The notes under the pieces: generated by a model
What the model was told of the DNA's origin: nothing
Seen by the model: the letters and a program-made list of their open reading frames with translations, nothing else
Databases searched by the model: none
Source of the DNA: a virus
Lineage: Duplodnaviria; Caudoviricetes
DNA length: 57,663 nt
IMG/VR virus record: IMGVR_UViG_3300030331_004162
Location: 1 to 57,663 of that record
Strand: one strand, 5' to 3'
In this document: piece by piece, positions 44,370 through 54,520 of the stretch
Numbering within the stretch: position 1 is the first letter of the stretch
How the letters are laid out: every line of letters starts with the position of its first letter
Position numbers and translations under genes: made by a program

Positions 44370-45587
44370 GTGGCTACTGAAACTACTCGCCAGATTATTC
44401 AGGAAGCGCCTGAGATAGAGGCAAAACGCCTTGAACTTTTAAACGCTGTCCGGAACTTTGTAGATCAAAACCTGTTTGCGGTAGGCCAAGAGGCCCCGCC
44501 ACCCGTTTTACCTCCCGCCTTTCAGGTAGCAGGGCTAACGCCTTTACAGCAACAAGCCGCGGCCCGTGCGGCACAGGGCGTAGGAGCGTTCCAACCTTTC
44601 GTAGACAACACGCTGGATGCGTTGCGAAGAAGCGAAGATTACGCAGAAACCTATGGTTTTGGCGGTCTTACCGAGGCTCTCGGCGCTACCCGTGAGGGGC
44701 AACAGGCCCTGTCACAGGCGGCACAGCTTGCGGCGGCACAAAGGGCACAACCCTTTGCGTACCAGCAGGCCGCTACAGACGCTCTGATTGGGACCGACGC
44801 GGCCTTTGACCCACGCGGCATTGGCGCGTTTATGAACCCGTTTGAAGACCAAGTGGTTCAGCAGGCTTTGGCTGACATTGATCGCGGCAGTCAGCAACAA
44901 CGACAACAGTTAGGCGCTCAAGCCGCCGCTACGGGGGCCTTTGGTGGCTCCCGACAAGCCGTGGCCGAGGGTGAACTGAACCGTGCGTTAGAGGAACAGA
45001 AAGCACGGACCGCGGCACAACTTCGTTTGGCTGGGTTCCAGCAGGCGAGCCAAGACGCACAACGATCTTTTGAAGCCGCACAGGCCCGACGTTTGCAACA
45101 AGCCCAACAGGTGGGTAACTTGGGCCTTCAGTTTGGTCAACTGGGTCAGGCAGACGTTGGTCAGCTTCAATCTTTGGGGCAAGCTAGTGCCCAGATGGGT
45201 CAAGGCTTCGGCACGTTGGCCCAGACAGGCGGTCAGTTGAGCAATGAGTTGGCTAACAGGGGCCTTCAGCAGGCCGGTCTGGGTCAGTTGCAACAACAGC
45301 TAAACCTTGGCGATGTTAAGACTCTGGAAGCTCTTGGTGCGCGGGATCAGGCTCTGCAACAAGCCATATTAGACGCACAGCGGCAGAGCAACCTACAACT
45401 GCAACAGTTCCCCTATCAACAGTATGCTTTCTTGAGTGACGTGTATAAAGGCACACCGTCCTCGCAACAAGTAACACAAATGTCTCAGACACAAGACCCC
45501 TCTATGTTCCAGCAAGTTGCGGGTCTGGGTATCGCTGGGTTGAGCGCCGCCGCTGGTGCCAAGAAAATAGGACTCTTTGACGGTTAA
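44370..45587 (+). CDS. Gln/Ala-rich internal virion/ejection protein
   Basis: FMNPFEDQVV...GAFGGSRQAV; GTG start after GAGGGG. Confidence 0.7.
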   Translation: MATETTRQIIQEAPEIEAKRLELLNAVRNFVDQNLFAVGQEAPPPVLPPAFQVAGLTPLQQQAAARAAQGVGAFQPFVDNTLDALRRSEDYAETYGFGGLTEALGATREGQQALSQAAQLAAAQRAQPFAYQQAATDALIGTDAAFDPRGIGAFMNPFEDQVVQQALADIDRGSQQQRQQLGAQAAATGAFGGSRQAVAEGELNRALEEQKARTAAQLRLAGFQQASQDAQRSFEAAQARRLQQAQQVGNLGLQFGQLGQADVGQLQSLGQASAQMGQGFGTLAQTGGQLSNELANRGLQQAGLGQLQQQLNLGDVKTLEALGARDQALQQAILDAQRQSNLQLQQFPYQQYAFLSDVYKGTPSSQQVTQMSQTQDPSMFQQVAGLGIAGLSAAAGAKKIGLFDG

Positions 45588-45592
45588 AAACT

Positions 45593-47749
45593 ATGAGTGT
45601 ATATAACAGACCATTATTTCGGCAGATGGGCGGTCCTGCACAGCCCATGCCGCAGGATATGGCTTCTCCCGCACAGCAATTACCGCCAGAGGCGGCTATG
45701 TTGCAACAGGTGGAGCAGGCATCTGCGGCGCAAGGGCAAGAGTTAGGGCAGGCATACGCCGAGCAGATGATGCAGGGCATTGACGCCGCGCAGTCCACCG
45801 AAGAATTAATTAACGCGTTCAGAGGCAACGAGATGCCACTGGACGCCCGCCGTGATGAACTGGCCGATTATGTCGGACAAGGGGACGCGGACCAGACGCC
45901 AGAGTCCGTATTGGCCATGGTCCAGCCGGTCATCATGATGACGGAAGAGGGGGCCATGAACAGCGGGATTGGCAACCTGATGCAACAACTTACCGGCGAC
46001 ATCGACATGATAACGGAAGGTGGGCAACCAACTGACATGGGTCAGGGGGTAGGAAGCTTGATGATGGCAGGGGCACCGGAGGCCCCTGCTCCACAAAATT
46101 TTAGACAAGGCGGTGAAGTAGCTTTTTTGCAGGACGCTAGTATTCCTACAGCCACGGCACCGTCAGGCTCTTTTAGACAATTAAGTAGTTCCGAGATTGC
46201 AAAACTTCTTAGTGGTGGTGACTTTAATTTTGGCACAGAGGTTCAAACTCAATATGAGTCTTTGTTGCCTCTTTTCAAAGAAATCGGCCTAGAAGGTCGG
46301 GCGCAACAAGAACAAGAACGCAAGGAGATGGATGAAGCGCAAGTTTTACTTTCTTTAGCGCGTGGTGGCCTCAGATTAGCGGCAGGTGACCGTGGCACAA
46401 GCGGCTCACTTGTATCGCAAATAGGATCTGCATTTGAGCCCACCGCCGCAGAAATTTCAGCCATTGCGGCACAGTCCCAAGACCGTAGAGATGCACTTCG
46501 AGCGCAAGATCAACAACTGCGTTTAGGTGCGCTTCAGGCGGGTATTAGCCAAGCCGGAGCGCAACAAACCCTTGATTTAAAGAGAGGCATAGCGGCAATT
46601 GACGCTCTTATCTCGGGAGGCACAGCTAAAGATGCTGTGACTGTTGAATTTGCTAACGGAGAAAGACAAACCTATGATTTAAGAACGCAATTTGCAGAAT
46701 ATCAAAATGCCATTGACAACTTAGGTGGCAGTGTCACAGATACAAAAACAACCAGTGATTACGGAAGTGGTTTAACCGGTCAAGCACAACAACGATTAAA
46801 TCAGCCCGAAAATATTCAAAGTTTGGTAAGAGGCCTTCTTGGCGAAAGAGATCAAGAAGCTTTACGGGCTTTAACAGACCTTGCTTCAATTCAAAAGTTT
46901 AACGAACAAACCGGTTATGCAGAAAGAAGTGTTCCGGTGCACTTACAGCCCTTTGTGCGTTTGATTAATGACCCCACAGCGTTACAACTTTTCCGAGAAC
47001 AAAACGCAGATTATAAAGAGGGTCTACTCAGAGACACGGAAAACATAGCAAACGACATTGCGGACGGGGCCGCCTCTACAGGGGCACTCTTTGAACATGT
47101 TACGGATAGAATTAATGATGCCGCAAAGATAGACATAGAAGCCGGAACGGGTATTCCCTCTGCTTTGACCGTCACGATAGACGGGGTTGCTCGAAGTTTT
47201 GCAGATATCTTTGGCGTTAAAATCGCTGATACAACGATTAGTGATGCCCCAGAAGCGAGAAGAATGCTGGAATCTGCAATGCAAAGTGTAGATCGTTATG
47301 TGGCGGGCGCTCCGGACGAGAGCCGATTGCTACAACAACAATATGAGCGTTTAGTTGAACAACTGCCAAACGCTTCTGCACTACAAATTGATAATGATGC
47401 CAAAAACAAACTTAAAAATTACAGGAACATCATTAGAGAAGATTTAAAAGTTCTTCAAGAAACTATAAGACGTTCACAGCTTTATAGGCCAAGCACGTTA
47501 GATGCGACTCGTAGACGACTTATGCAAGGCATACAGCTAGAAAAACTGCTAAACGCGTTGTATCAAAACTATGAATTTGGCCCCGCTGGACGAGACATCC
47601 CTACGGGGATATCCGGTCTGACCAAAGAGCAGGCAGAAAATATTGATGTGGAAGCGCTGACGCGGGACGTTCTTGAGCCACTAGAAAACCCAAGAGCTAC
47701 ACCCACGCAAATTGATTTTAGTGAGTACATTAAAGAAGTAAGCGGGTGA
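45593..47749 (+). CDS. internal virion/ejection protein (putative)
   Basis: 718-aa helical protein; MSVYNRPLFRQMGG start. Confidence 0.7.
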   Translation: MSVYNRPLFRQMGGPAQPMPQDMASPAQQLPPEAAMLQQVEQASAAQGQELGQAYAEQMMQGIDAAQSTEELINAFRGNEMPLDARRDELADYVGQGDADQTPESVLAMVQPVIMMTEEGAMNSGIGNLMQQLTGDIDMITEGGQPTDMGQGVGSLMMAGAPEAPAPQNFRQGGEVAFLQDASIPTATAPSGSFRQLSSSEIAKLLSGGDFNFGTEVQTQYESLLPLFKEIGLEGRAQQEQERKEMDEAQVLLSLARGGLRLAAGDRGTSGSLVSQIGSAFEPTAAEISAIAAQSQDRRDALRAQDQQLRLGALQAGISQAGAQQTLDLKRGIAAIDALISGGTAKDAVTVEFANGERQTYDLRTQFAEYQNAIDNLGGSVTDTKTTSDYGSGLTGQAQQRLNQPENIQSLVRGLLGERDQEALRALTDLASIQKFNEQTGYAERSVPVHLQPFVRLINDPTALQLFREQNADYKEGLLRDTENIANDIADGAASTGALFEHVTDRINDAAKIDIEAGTGIPSALTVTIDGVARSFADIFGVKIADTTISDAPEARRMLESAMQSVDRYVAGAPDESRLLQQQYERLVEQLPNASALQIDNDAKNKLKNYRNIIREDLKVLQETIRRSQLYRPSTLDATRRRLMQGIQLEKLLNALYQNYEFGPAGRDIPTGISGLTKEQAENIDVEALTRDVLEPLENPRATPTQIDFSEYIKEVSG

Positions 47750-47758
47750 TATAAAACC

Positions 47759-50700
47759 ATGTCTGAAAATCAACAAAGTCTGGATGTCCTATCTAACCAA
47801 GTTTTAGGTGGCGAAAGTGCCCCTAAAATGCTCCGGTTTGATATTGGTGCCGCACTTGAGGACCAAGTCCCTTTAGGTGAAATAAATAAGGAACTTGCCC
47901 GATTAAAAGGCTTTGATTATGGCCCTGCTTTTTCTGAAATAAGAGAGGCACGTTTAAAAGAAATAACTGACGCTGGAGTAGCAAAAGAAAATGTTTCACC
48001 GGAATCCTTAGACCTTTTTGCAAATGAAGTTTTGTTAGAGCAATTAAGTGATGGAGCCTATGCCCGCGAAGCAAATCCTAGAAAAAGAGGCGCGGCGCAG
48101 GCTATGTTCGTTGATGTTCCGGTAGGTCTGGGTTTTGCGAAAGGTGCGGTGATGGGCTTTGCAAAAACACCGGGTCCCATCCCCGCCAGAATAGTTGGAG
48201 GTGGTTTAGGTGCTTTGGGTTTAAGCACCCTTAGTTATGTGCCGGGGGAAATAATTCTCCGCGGGGACCCCACAGGACTCACTGATTACGAAGGTCTTTA
48301 TCCTTCTGAGCCGTTGCCGTCACAAAGAGCAGAAGTAGAAGCGGCAAGAACATATACCGGTGGATTATTAAGTTTGTTGACACTAGGCGGCGTAGTCAAA
48401 CAAGGCGTTGTTGATTTTGGCTCGGATTTTATCGCACGTAACATTGAAAATATGGCCCCCGGTTATAAAAGAAGTTTTAGCAAACTTGCTGAAAAAGTTG
48501 TTAGGGGCACGGAAGGTTTAGTCCAAGCAATAGGACGACCTTTAGGACGCCCTGAAACAGTTGGGCAACAAGCCGGTGCGGTTGTCAAAGCTGGTTTTGC
48601 GTCCGTCGCTCCCGCTATCGGCGCCTATCAGGCCGAAAAAATTGACCCTTACGACCCTTTAACTCGTTTTGGCTTTGAGGTAGGCGCTAGTGCGATCCCT
48701 ACAACAAGGATTGCAACTTTTGTAGGTGACAAAACTGTGGGGGCGTTTTTAAGAACGCTCAAAAATGTTTTTTCTAGAGAGGGTAGAGAGGATTCTGCAA
48801 GCAGACAAATTGTAGCGTCACTAGAAGCTCTTGATGCTAAATACGCTGACGTTGAATTTGATAGAGAAACTTTTTTAGCCGATCTTCAAGAAGCGTTAAA
48901 CGATTCGCCAATAGAAAAATTGGTGGATAAAGTAAACAGGGAATTACCCGAGTCTCGCCAACAACTCATAGTACCTCCTTTAACCGTGGCTCAAAGAACC
49001 GCTGGGGTAAAAAAAGACATTGCAACAGGAGCGGGCACTACAAAAGAAATAAACCCTTTGATCGGCCTTGAGGCGTTAGATAGGGGTTTAAGAAAAACAA
49101 ATCAGGGGGCCGGTGAGTTTGGAGAGTTGTCTGATCAACTTTATGAAGACTTTAAGTTGTTTGCCGGTCGTTTAATGGACGAACTTTTACGGCAAGCTCA
49201 AGGCAACCCTGAAGCTTTAGCCGAAGCCGCGCAAATACAAGAAGCTATTTTTTCTGCCGGCATCACTCACCGGTTAGAAGCGGCAAAAGAAGCGGCGATT
49301 ACACGATCTCAAAATGTTCAAACACCACTACGCAGAAAAACTCAAAGTGAATTATTGGTTACGTATGTTGATCAAGCTTTGGAAGATGTAAATTCAGCCA
49401 CTAACATGCTGTATGACCGCGCAAAGGAGCGGTTAGCGGGCCAAGACATTCAACCAACTTTTACTTTAGAAGCTATTAGACAGCTTCAAGATGACGGCGT
49501 CACGTCATTGCCCCCCGTTGTTTCCGAAATACTTAAAGAAATTAGTCCGGATGCTTCCAACTTGGAGGCTAATTTGAACCGACTTCGCAGTATCGAAGAT
49601 GACGCCTTCAAGACTTTAGAAGGGCTCCGAAGAGAGGCTAGATCATACTTGAATACTCTTCCGCCTCGAGTAGAAGACGGATTACAGCCCCTTTTAGCTC
49701 GTATAGAAGGTCTTCCTGCACAAGAACAAATTACAATATTAAGGGACGAGTTGGGCGAAGTGACCGCCGTAACGCAAACACGGGACATAAAGGGTCAGGC
49801 CGCGTATATCCGTAAATTAATCTCTGCGGCTACAGCGCAGGGTGAGTTTGATGCGATTGGCCTTCGGGTTGCGGATGCTCGCGCACGACTCACGGGCCAA
49901 GAGGCAACAGAACTTTCGCTGTCTCAGCTTCTGGATTACCGGAGACGGTTAGGTAAAGCAAACCGTATCACCGTAAATCAAAATTTGGCCGCTGAGAGTT
50001 ATCACATGAGCGTGGTAGAGGAAGGCATTGTTCGCGACTTGGAAGCTTTGTCTGGCGGAAGCTCATTGGTGGGAGAAGGGCCAGAGGCGTATCAATCTTT
50101 TGAGGCTCTTTTACAAAGTCTGGAAGAACAAAATTTAGAAGGCGTTCAGGCTGGTTTGATTTTGTTGCGTAAAGCTAATGCTTTTAACAGAGCGAAACAT
50201 GATGTTTTCACGCGCACATTTGTTGGTGATTTACGGCAAAAAGACGCTAAGGGTGGTATGAGAATTGAACCCAAGCTTGCTTTACAACATGTTTTTAGAG
50301 GCAGTTCCGATGAAGTTTCTATAAAAATTGACCAAATTGAAGATGCCATAAACTTTATAAATTCACCTATTTTTGCTGATGTACGTAGAAATTTAACGCA
50401 GGAAGAACTTGAACAGCTTTCTCAATCAGCGACCCGCCGCCTCGGTACATATCAGGCGGGTAAAAACGATATGCTTTTGGCGTTTTTTAGAAAAGCCATA
50501 GATCGTGACCCTGCTTCACCCACATATAACATGGTTAATCCCACAAAAGCGCAAACTTTTATCAATGATAATGAAGAAGCTTTAGGCGAACTATTTCCAG
50601 AAGTTTTTGAGGACATCAAAGACGCCATACAGGGACGATTAGAATTTAAAGATTTGCTTGCGGAGCAAGAGCGGCTTGCGAAATCTCTTAATGAGCAATT

Positions 50701-52405
50701 CGTGTTGCAACAATTTAAAGGGGTTTATGACAACCCCGGTAAAAGAATCAAAACAATTTTAGGGGTGCCCGGAAATCGCCCAGATAACCCCGTTAGAAAT
50801 TTTACTCAGTTGCTTGATGAAATTAGATCGGTTACGACAAGTGACAGGGGTCCCGAGTTTAGAAATCAAGTAAATAAAGCTTTAGTTTACTCTGTATTAG
50901 ATTCTGCATTTATTTACGCGGGAGGAAGGAACCCTGCGGACAAAATCAATTTTCTTAAATTCAGAGAGTTTTTGTTTGAGCCTATTGACGGCCAAGAAGG
51001 TAGCGGCGTCCCCTCCGTTGCAGATTTACTAGAAGAAAAGAACTTTATTACAAAAAAATCGTTTGAAGACTATCAGACGTTGATTAATCAATCTGCGGAC
51101 ATTGAGCAGGTGATGAGAAACTACGGCCCACAATCTATTGAAAAGTTGGTTGATAAAGGCGCTTTAGTATCTAACATATTGATTCGAGCTTTTGGCTCTA
51201 TAATTGGTAATGTGGGGCTTAACCGGCTCAAGGGTATTACCGGTAATATACCGGGAGCTTCAATGTCTGTGGCACAAACCACCTCAAACGCTACAGCGGA
51301 GCTTGGTTTGAACGCGCCACAGGCGAAAATACAGGACATTTTTACCGAAGCCTTGTTGGACCCGGAAGTAACTCAAGCTTTATTAGCGAGAGTGCCTAAA
51401 GACGAAAAAAAGGCACTTCAGTATTTTAGATCTCTTCCTGCAATTTTTTATACATCCGGTATACGTGGCGAGGTAGACGCTCTTCCGTCAGATAGTGGTG
51501 ATATAACAATCCCGCTTGGTGGAGCAGATAGTGATACTCTTGTAGAGCAAGAAACTGTTTCGCCTGCACCGGAACCTGCACCGGAACCCGCACCACAGCC
51601 TGCACCACAAGCGGAACCTAACTTAGTATCTGAGTTAGCGGCGGCACAAATGGAGGCAATGCGTCCTACTGCACAGCCTGCGCCAGACCCGGTCATGGCC
51701 CGTGTTGCACAGCGCCCAACTAATCTGTCTTCACCTGAACCTCGCGGCACCCCGTTAGACACTCGGCGCGAATTTGAAGCGATGGAAGGACAGCTTGCTG
51801 GTGCGGGAAGAGTTCCTGCCCAGCAACTAGGTGCCCTGACCATAGATCAACAGTTGGATGCACCGTTGTCAATCAAGAACAACAACCCCGGCAATCTACG
51901 AATGGCGGGACAGCCCGGAGCAGAAGAGGGCTTAGAGGGCTTTGCATCTTTTTCTACCCCCGGTCAGGGTCTGAATGCTTTGACCCGTCAGATTGTCCTC
52001 GATACGCAAACGCGAGGTCTGACCTTGGGTGAGTTCATAACCAAGTATGCACCTCCGTCAGAAAATGACACAGAAGGTTACATCCGGTTCATGGAGCAAA
52101 GGACGGGTGTACCCAGAAACAGGAAAGTGCCCGAATTTTTAGTTCGCGACATAGCCCGTGCGATCGTGGAATTTGAGGGCGGTAAGTTAGCCCTACGTTA
52201 TTTCTTTGGTGATGAGATGCGGGCCGAAAGAGAAGAAGTTACACCACCTCCTGTCGCACAAGCGCCCACACCACCGCCTACACCACCGCCAGTGGCGGCA
52301 AGAGCAACACCGCAGTCTATTCAGCGGGCCGCAAGAGTGTTAGGTCCTCAAGACGATATTGGGATGCTTGCCTCTGAAATGATGATGCGGGATAGACCGG
52401 CTTAA
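47759..52405 (+). CDS. large internal virion protein with C-terminal lysozyme-like domain
   Basis: 1548 aa; C-terminal KNNNPGNLR...FASFST...KYAPPSENDTEGY after a Pro-rich linker. Confidence 0.75.
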   Translation: MSENQQSLDVLSNQVLGGESAPKMLRFDIGAALEDQVPLGEINKELARLKGFDYGPAFSEIREARLKEITDAGVAKENVSPESLDLFANEVLLEQLSDGAYAREANPRKRGAAQAMFVDVPVGLGFAKGAVMGFAKTPGPIPARIVGGGLGALGLSTLSYVPGEIILRGDPTGLTDYEGLYPSEPLPSQRAEVEAARTYTGGLLSLLTLGGVVKQGVVDFGSDFIARNIENMAPGYKRSFSKLAEKVVRGTEGLVQAIGRPLGRPETVGQQAGAVVKAGFASVAPAIGAYQAEKIDPYDPLTRFGFEVGASAIPTTRIATFVGDKTVGAFLRTLKNVFSREGREDSASRQIVASLEALDAKYADVEFDRETFLADLQEALNDSPIEKLVDKVNRELPESRQQLIVPPLTVAQRTAGVKKDIATGAGTTKEINPLIGLEALDRGLRKTNQGAGEFGELSDQLYEDFKLFAGRLMDELLRQAQGNPEALAEAAQIQEAIFSAGITHRLEAAKEAAITRSQNVQTPLRRKTQSELLVTYVDQALEDVNSATNMLYDRAKERLAGQDIQPTFTLEAIRQLQDDGVTSLPPVVSEILKEISPDASNLEANLNRLRSIEDDAFKTLEGLRREARSYLNTLPPRVEDGLQPLLARIEGLPAQEQITILRDELGEVTAVTQTRDIKGQAAYIRKLISAATAQGEFDAIGLRVADARARLTGQEATELSLSQLLDYRRRLGKANRITVNQNLAAESYHMSVVEEGIVRDLEALSGGSSLVGEGPEAYQSFEALLQSLEEQNLEGVQAGLILLRKANAFNRAKHDVFTRTFVGDLRQKDAKGGMRIEPKLALQHVFRGSSDEVSIKIDQIEDAINFINSPIFADVRRNLTQEELEQLSQSATRRLGTYQAGKNDMLLAFFRKAIDRDPASPTYNMVNPTKAQTFINDNEEALGELFPEVFEDIKDAIQGRLEFKDLLAEQERLAKSLNEQFVLQQFKGVYDNPGKRIKTILGVPGNRPDNPVRNFTQLLDEIRSVTTSDRGPEFRNQVNKALVYSVLDSAFIYAGGRNPADKINFLKFREFLFEPIDGQEGSGVPSVADLLEEKNFITKKSFEDYQTLINQSADIEQVMRNYGPQSIEKLVDKGALVSNILIRAFGSIIGNVGLNRLKGITGNIPGASMSVAQTTSNATAELGLNAPQAKIQDIFTEALLDPEVTQALLARVPKDEKKALQYFRSLPAIFYTSGIRGEVDALPSDSGDITIPLGGADSDTLVEQETVSPAPEPAPEPAPQPAPQAEPNLVSELAAAQMEAMRPTAQPAPDPVMARVAQRPTNLSSPEPRGTPLDTRREFEAMEGQLAGAGRVPAQQLGALTIDQQLDAPLSIKNNNPGNLRMAGQPGAEEGLEGFASFSTPGQGLNALTRQIVLDTQTRGLTLGEFITKYAPPSENDTEGYIRFMEQRTGVPRNRKVPEFLVRDIARAIVEFEGGKLALRYFFGDEMRAEREEVTPPPVAQAPTPPPTPPPVAARATPQSIQRAARVLGPQDDIGMLASEMMMRDRPA

Positions 52406-53853
52406 ATCAGCCAATCCTTGGCGCTTTCGCCCAGTACATCACCAGCGATATTGATCTTGTCCCGTAACGCCGACAGGATCTTTTCGTCTATTGTCCCCGG
52501 ACTGACCAGATCAACATAGGTCACGGTGTCCTTTTGGCCGATACGGTGGGCGCGGTCCTCGGACTGCAACCGAATCTCCAGATCGTAGCTGTTGCTGAAG
52601 TAGATGACGGTGTTGGCTTCTGTTAGCGTAATGCCATAGCCACCAGTGCGGGGCTGACCAACAAAGAACCGTAGCTCTGAATCAGGGTCTTGGAAGCGTT
52701 CGATGGTATCTTGCCGGTCTTCCTGCGCCGTCTCTCCAAAATAACTGGCCACGGACCCCGGACCGTACTTTTTAGCCAACGCCTCTTCGATGGCGTGGAT
52801 GTCATAAGTCCAAGTCGCCCAGATAATTGCCTTGCCCTGCACCTCTTCAACTACATCAAGAAGTTCCGGTAACCTATTGTTTTTTATGGGTTGTAGAGGT
52901 CCTTCGTCTGGTTGCAGGTGACCACAACAGATTTGCTGTAACCGCATGATCTGTGTCAGGACAGAGGCTGTGGTAGCCAACTCGCCTTTCTCCAGCCGTG
53001 CCAGCGCCAAATCCTGCATCTGCTTGTACACCACCACCTGCTCTTTGCTTAGATTGACCTCGCGCCGCAGGTATACCTTGTCCGGTAGATCAAGGCACTC
53101 TTCTTTTAGCACCCTGCTACTAAACCGGTCCAGCTTCTCGCCAAGCTCATCTAAGCGACGATATCCGACAATCTCGTTAAAACTATGCGGCCCCATGTTC
53201 CTGCGCTGAACTACCGCATACCGGCCCTGAAAGCCATAGAAGCTGTTGAAGCCCAACGCCTCTTGCTCCAGAAACGCACACTGGCTAAACAAATCCATGG
53301 GGCTTTTAGTGATGGGCGAGCCTGTCAGAATGCGTCGATACTTGGACGCCTGACCTATCTTGATCAGGTTCTTTGTCCGCTGGGCACCCTTATTCTTGAT
53401 CGTCGTGCTTTCATCCAGAATGGTGATGCAGTTGGGGTTAAGCTTTACAAACCGCTCCGCCGCTGTTGCACCTTTAGCGGTACTGAACGCTTCTGTGTTC
53501 ATCACCAAAATGTGCAGGAACCCCGGCTCACGCTTCTCTGGGTCAGCTATCTCGCGTATTGCCTCACGAAACTTCTTGGTGAAGTTGGGTTGCCACTTGA
53601 CGATTTTTGTCTGGATACGCTCGGGCAAATGCGCGGGTATTTCTTTCTTCACCCAGTTATCAAAGACACCTTTGGGCGCAATGACTAAAGCTGTGTTAAT
53701 CTCCTTCGCCTCATACAGCGCGCCCATCGTGTCAATGGCGACCTTGGACTTTCCTGTACCCATCTCCATGAAAAGCCCAAAGTAAGGCCGTTGCCACGAA
53801 TCATTAAAAACTTGTTGTTGATGTTCGTAAGGTTGTGTCGCGAAAGTGTACAT
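52402..53853 (-). CDS. SNF2-family (SF2) helicase
   Basis: MEMGTGKS, LDESTTIK, LTGSP, QSEDRAHRIGQ; the only clear minus-strand gene. Confidence 0.93.
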   Translation of the reverse strand: MYTFATQPYEHQQQVFNDSWQRPYFGLFMEMGTGKSKVAIDTMGALYEAKEINTALVIAPKGVFDNWVKKEIPAHLPERIQTKIVKWQPNFTKKFREAIREIADPEKREPGFLHILVMNTEAFSTAKGATAAERFVKLNPNCITILDESTTIKNKGAQRTKNLIKIGQASKYRRILTGSPITKSPMDLFSQCAFLEQEALGFNSFYGFQGRYAVVQRRNMGPHSFNEIVGYRRLDELGEKLDRFSSRVLKEECLDLPDKVYLRREVNLSKEQVVVYKQMQDLALARLEKGELATTASVLTQIMRLQQICCGHLQPDEGPLQPIKNNRLPELLDVVEEVQGKAIIWATWTYDIHAIEEALAKKYGPGSVASYFGETAQEDRQDTIERFQDPDSELRFFVGQPRTGGYGITLTEANTVIYFSNSYDLEIRLQSEDRAHRIGQKDTVTYVDLVSPGTIDEKILSALRDKINIAGDVLGESAKDWLI

Positions 53854-53869
53854 ATAGGCCCTCTACGTG

Positions 53870-53898
53870 TTGACTGCAATAATATGCGATGGTACGCT
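53870..53898 (+). promoter_or_regulatory. sigma70 promoter of the replication operon with a TATGCGA box in the spacer
   Basis: TTGACT-N17-TG-g-TACGCT. Confidence 0.65.
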
Positions 53899-53944
53899 GG
53901 CTGTCCAGCCCTCAAAAAAGGGCCTAACCACGAAAGGAGATGCA

Positions 53945-54520
53945 ATGAGCGAGATGCTCTTAGATATGGAAGCCGACCAAGCCACGGCTTCCGCCATCGA
54001 GAAGATGGATAACACTGGCTTGAGTAGTGTAGCCGAGATCGCACGGGCAATCCGTAATCAAGAAGATCTGGTGGCGCAACTTGATGACAAGCTGAAAGAG
54101 GCCAAACGTGACCTCCTGAAGCTGACCGACGAGGACCTACCAGCCATGCTGGCGGAACTCGGCCTCAATGCCATCGAACTCGATGATGGTTCCAAAGTGA
54201 CCGTACAGGCGACCTACGGTGCCCACATTAAAGTGGCCGACCGTGAAAACGCCTTCCAATGGCTCCGAGATAACGATTACGGGGACATCATAAAGAATAC
54301 AGTCAGTTGTAACTTTGCCCGCGGCGAAGACCAACAGGCCGTGGACTTCATGGAAGCGGCACAGCGAATGGGTTACATCCCAGAGCAAAAAACCGAGGTC
54401 CACGCGCAAACGCTGAAAGCGTGGGTCAAAGAGCGGGTGGAAAATGGGGACTCTTTCCCCATGGACCTTTTCGGCGCGTACACAGGCCAGCGGGCCAAGA
54501 TTGCAAGGAGCAAATCATGA
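53945..54520 (+). CDS. conserved replication-module protein (coiled-coil N-terminus)
   Basis: AFQWLRDNDYGDIIKN, VHAQTLKAWVKE; AAGGAG SD. Confidence 0.75.
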   Translation: MSEMLLDMEADQATASAIEKMDNTGLSSVAEIARAIRNQEDLVAQLDDKLKEAKRDLLKLTDEDLPAMLAELGLNAIELDDGSKVTVQATYGAHIKVADRENAFQWLRDNDYGDIIKNTVSCNFARGEDQQAVDFMEAAQRMGYIPEQKTEVHAQTLKAWVKERVENGDSFPMDLFGAYTGQRAKIARSKS

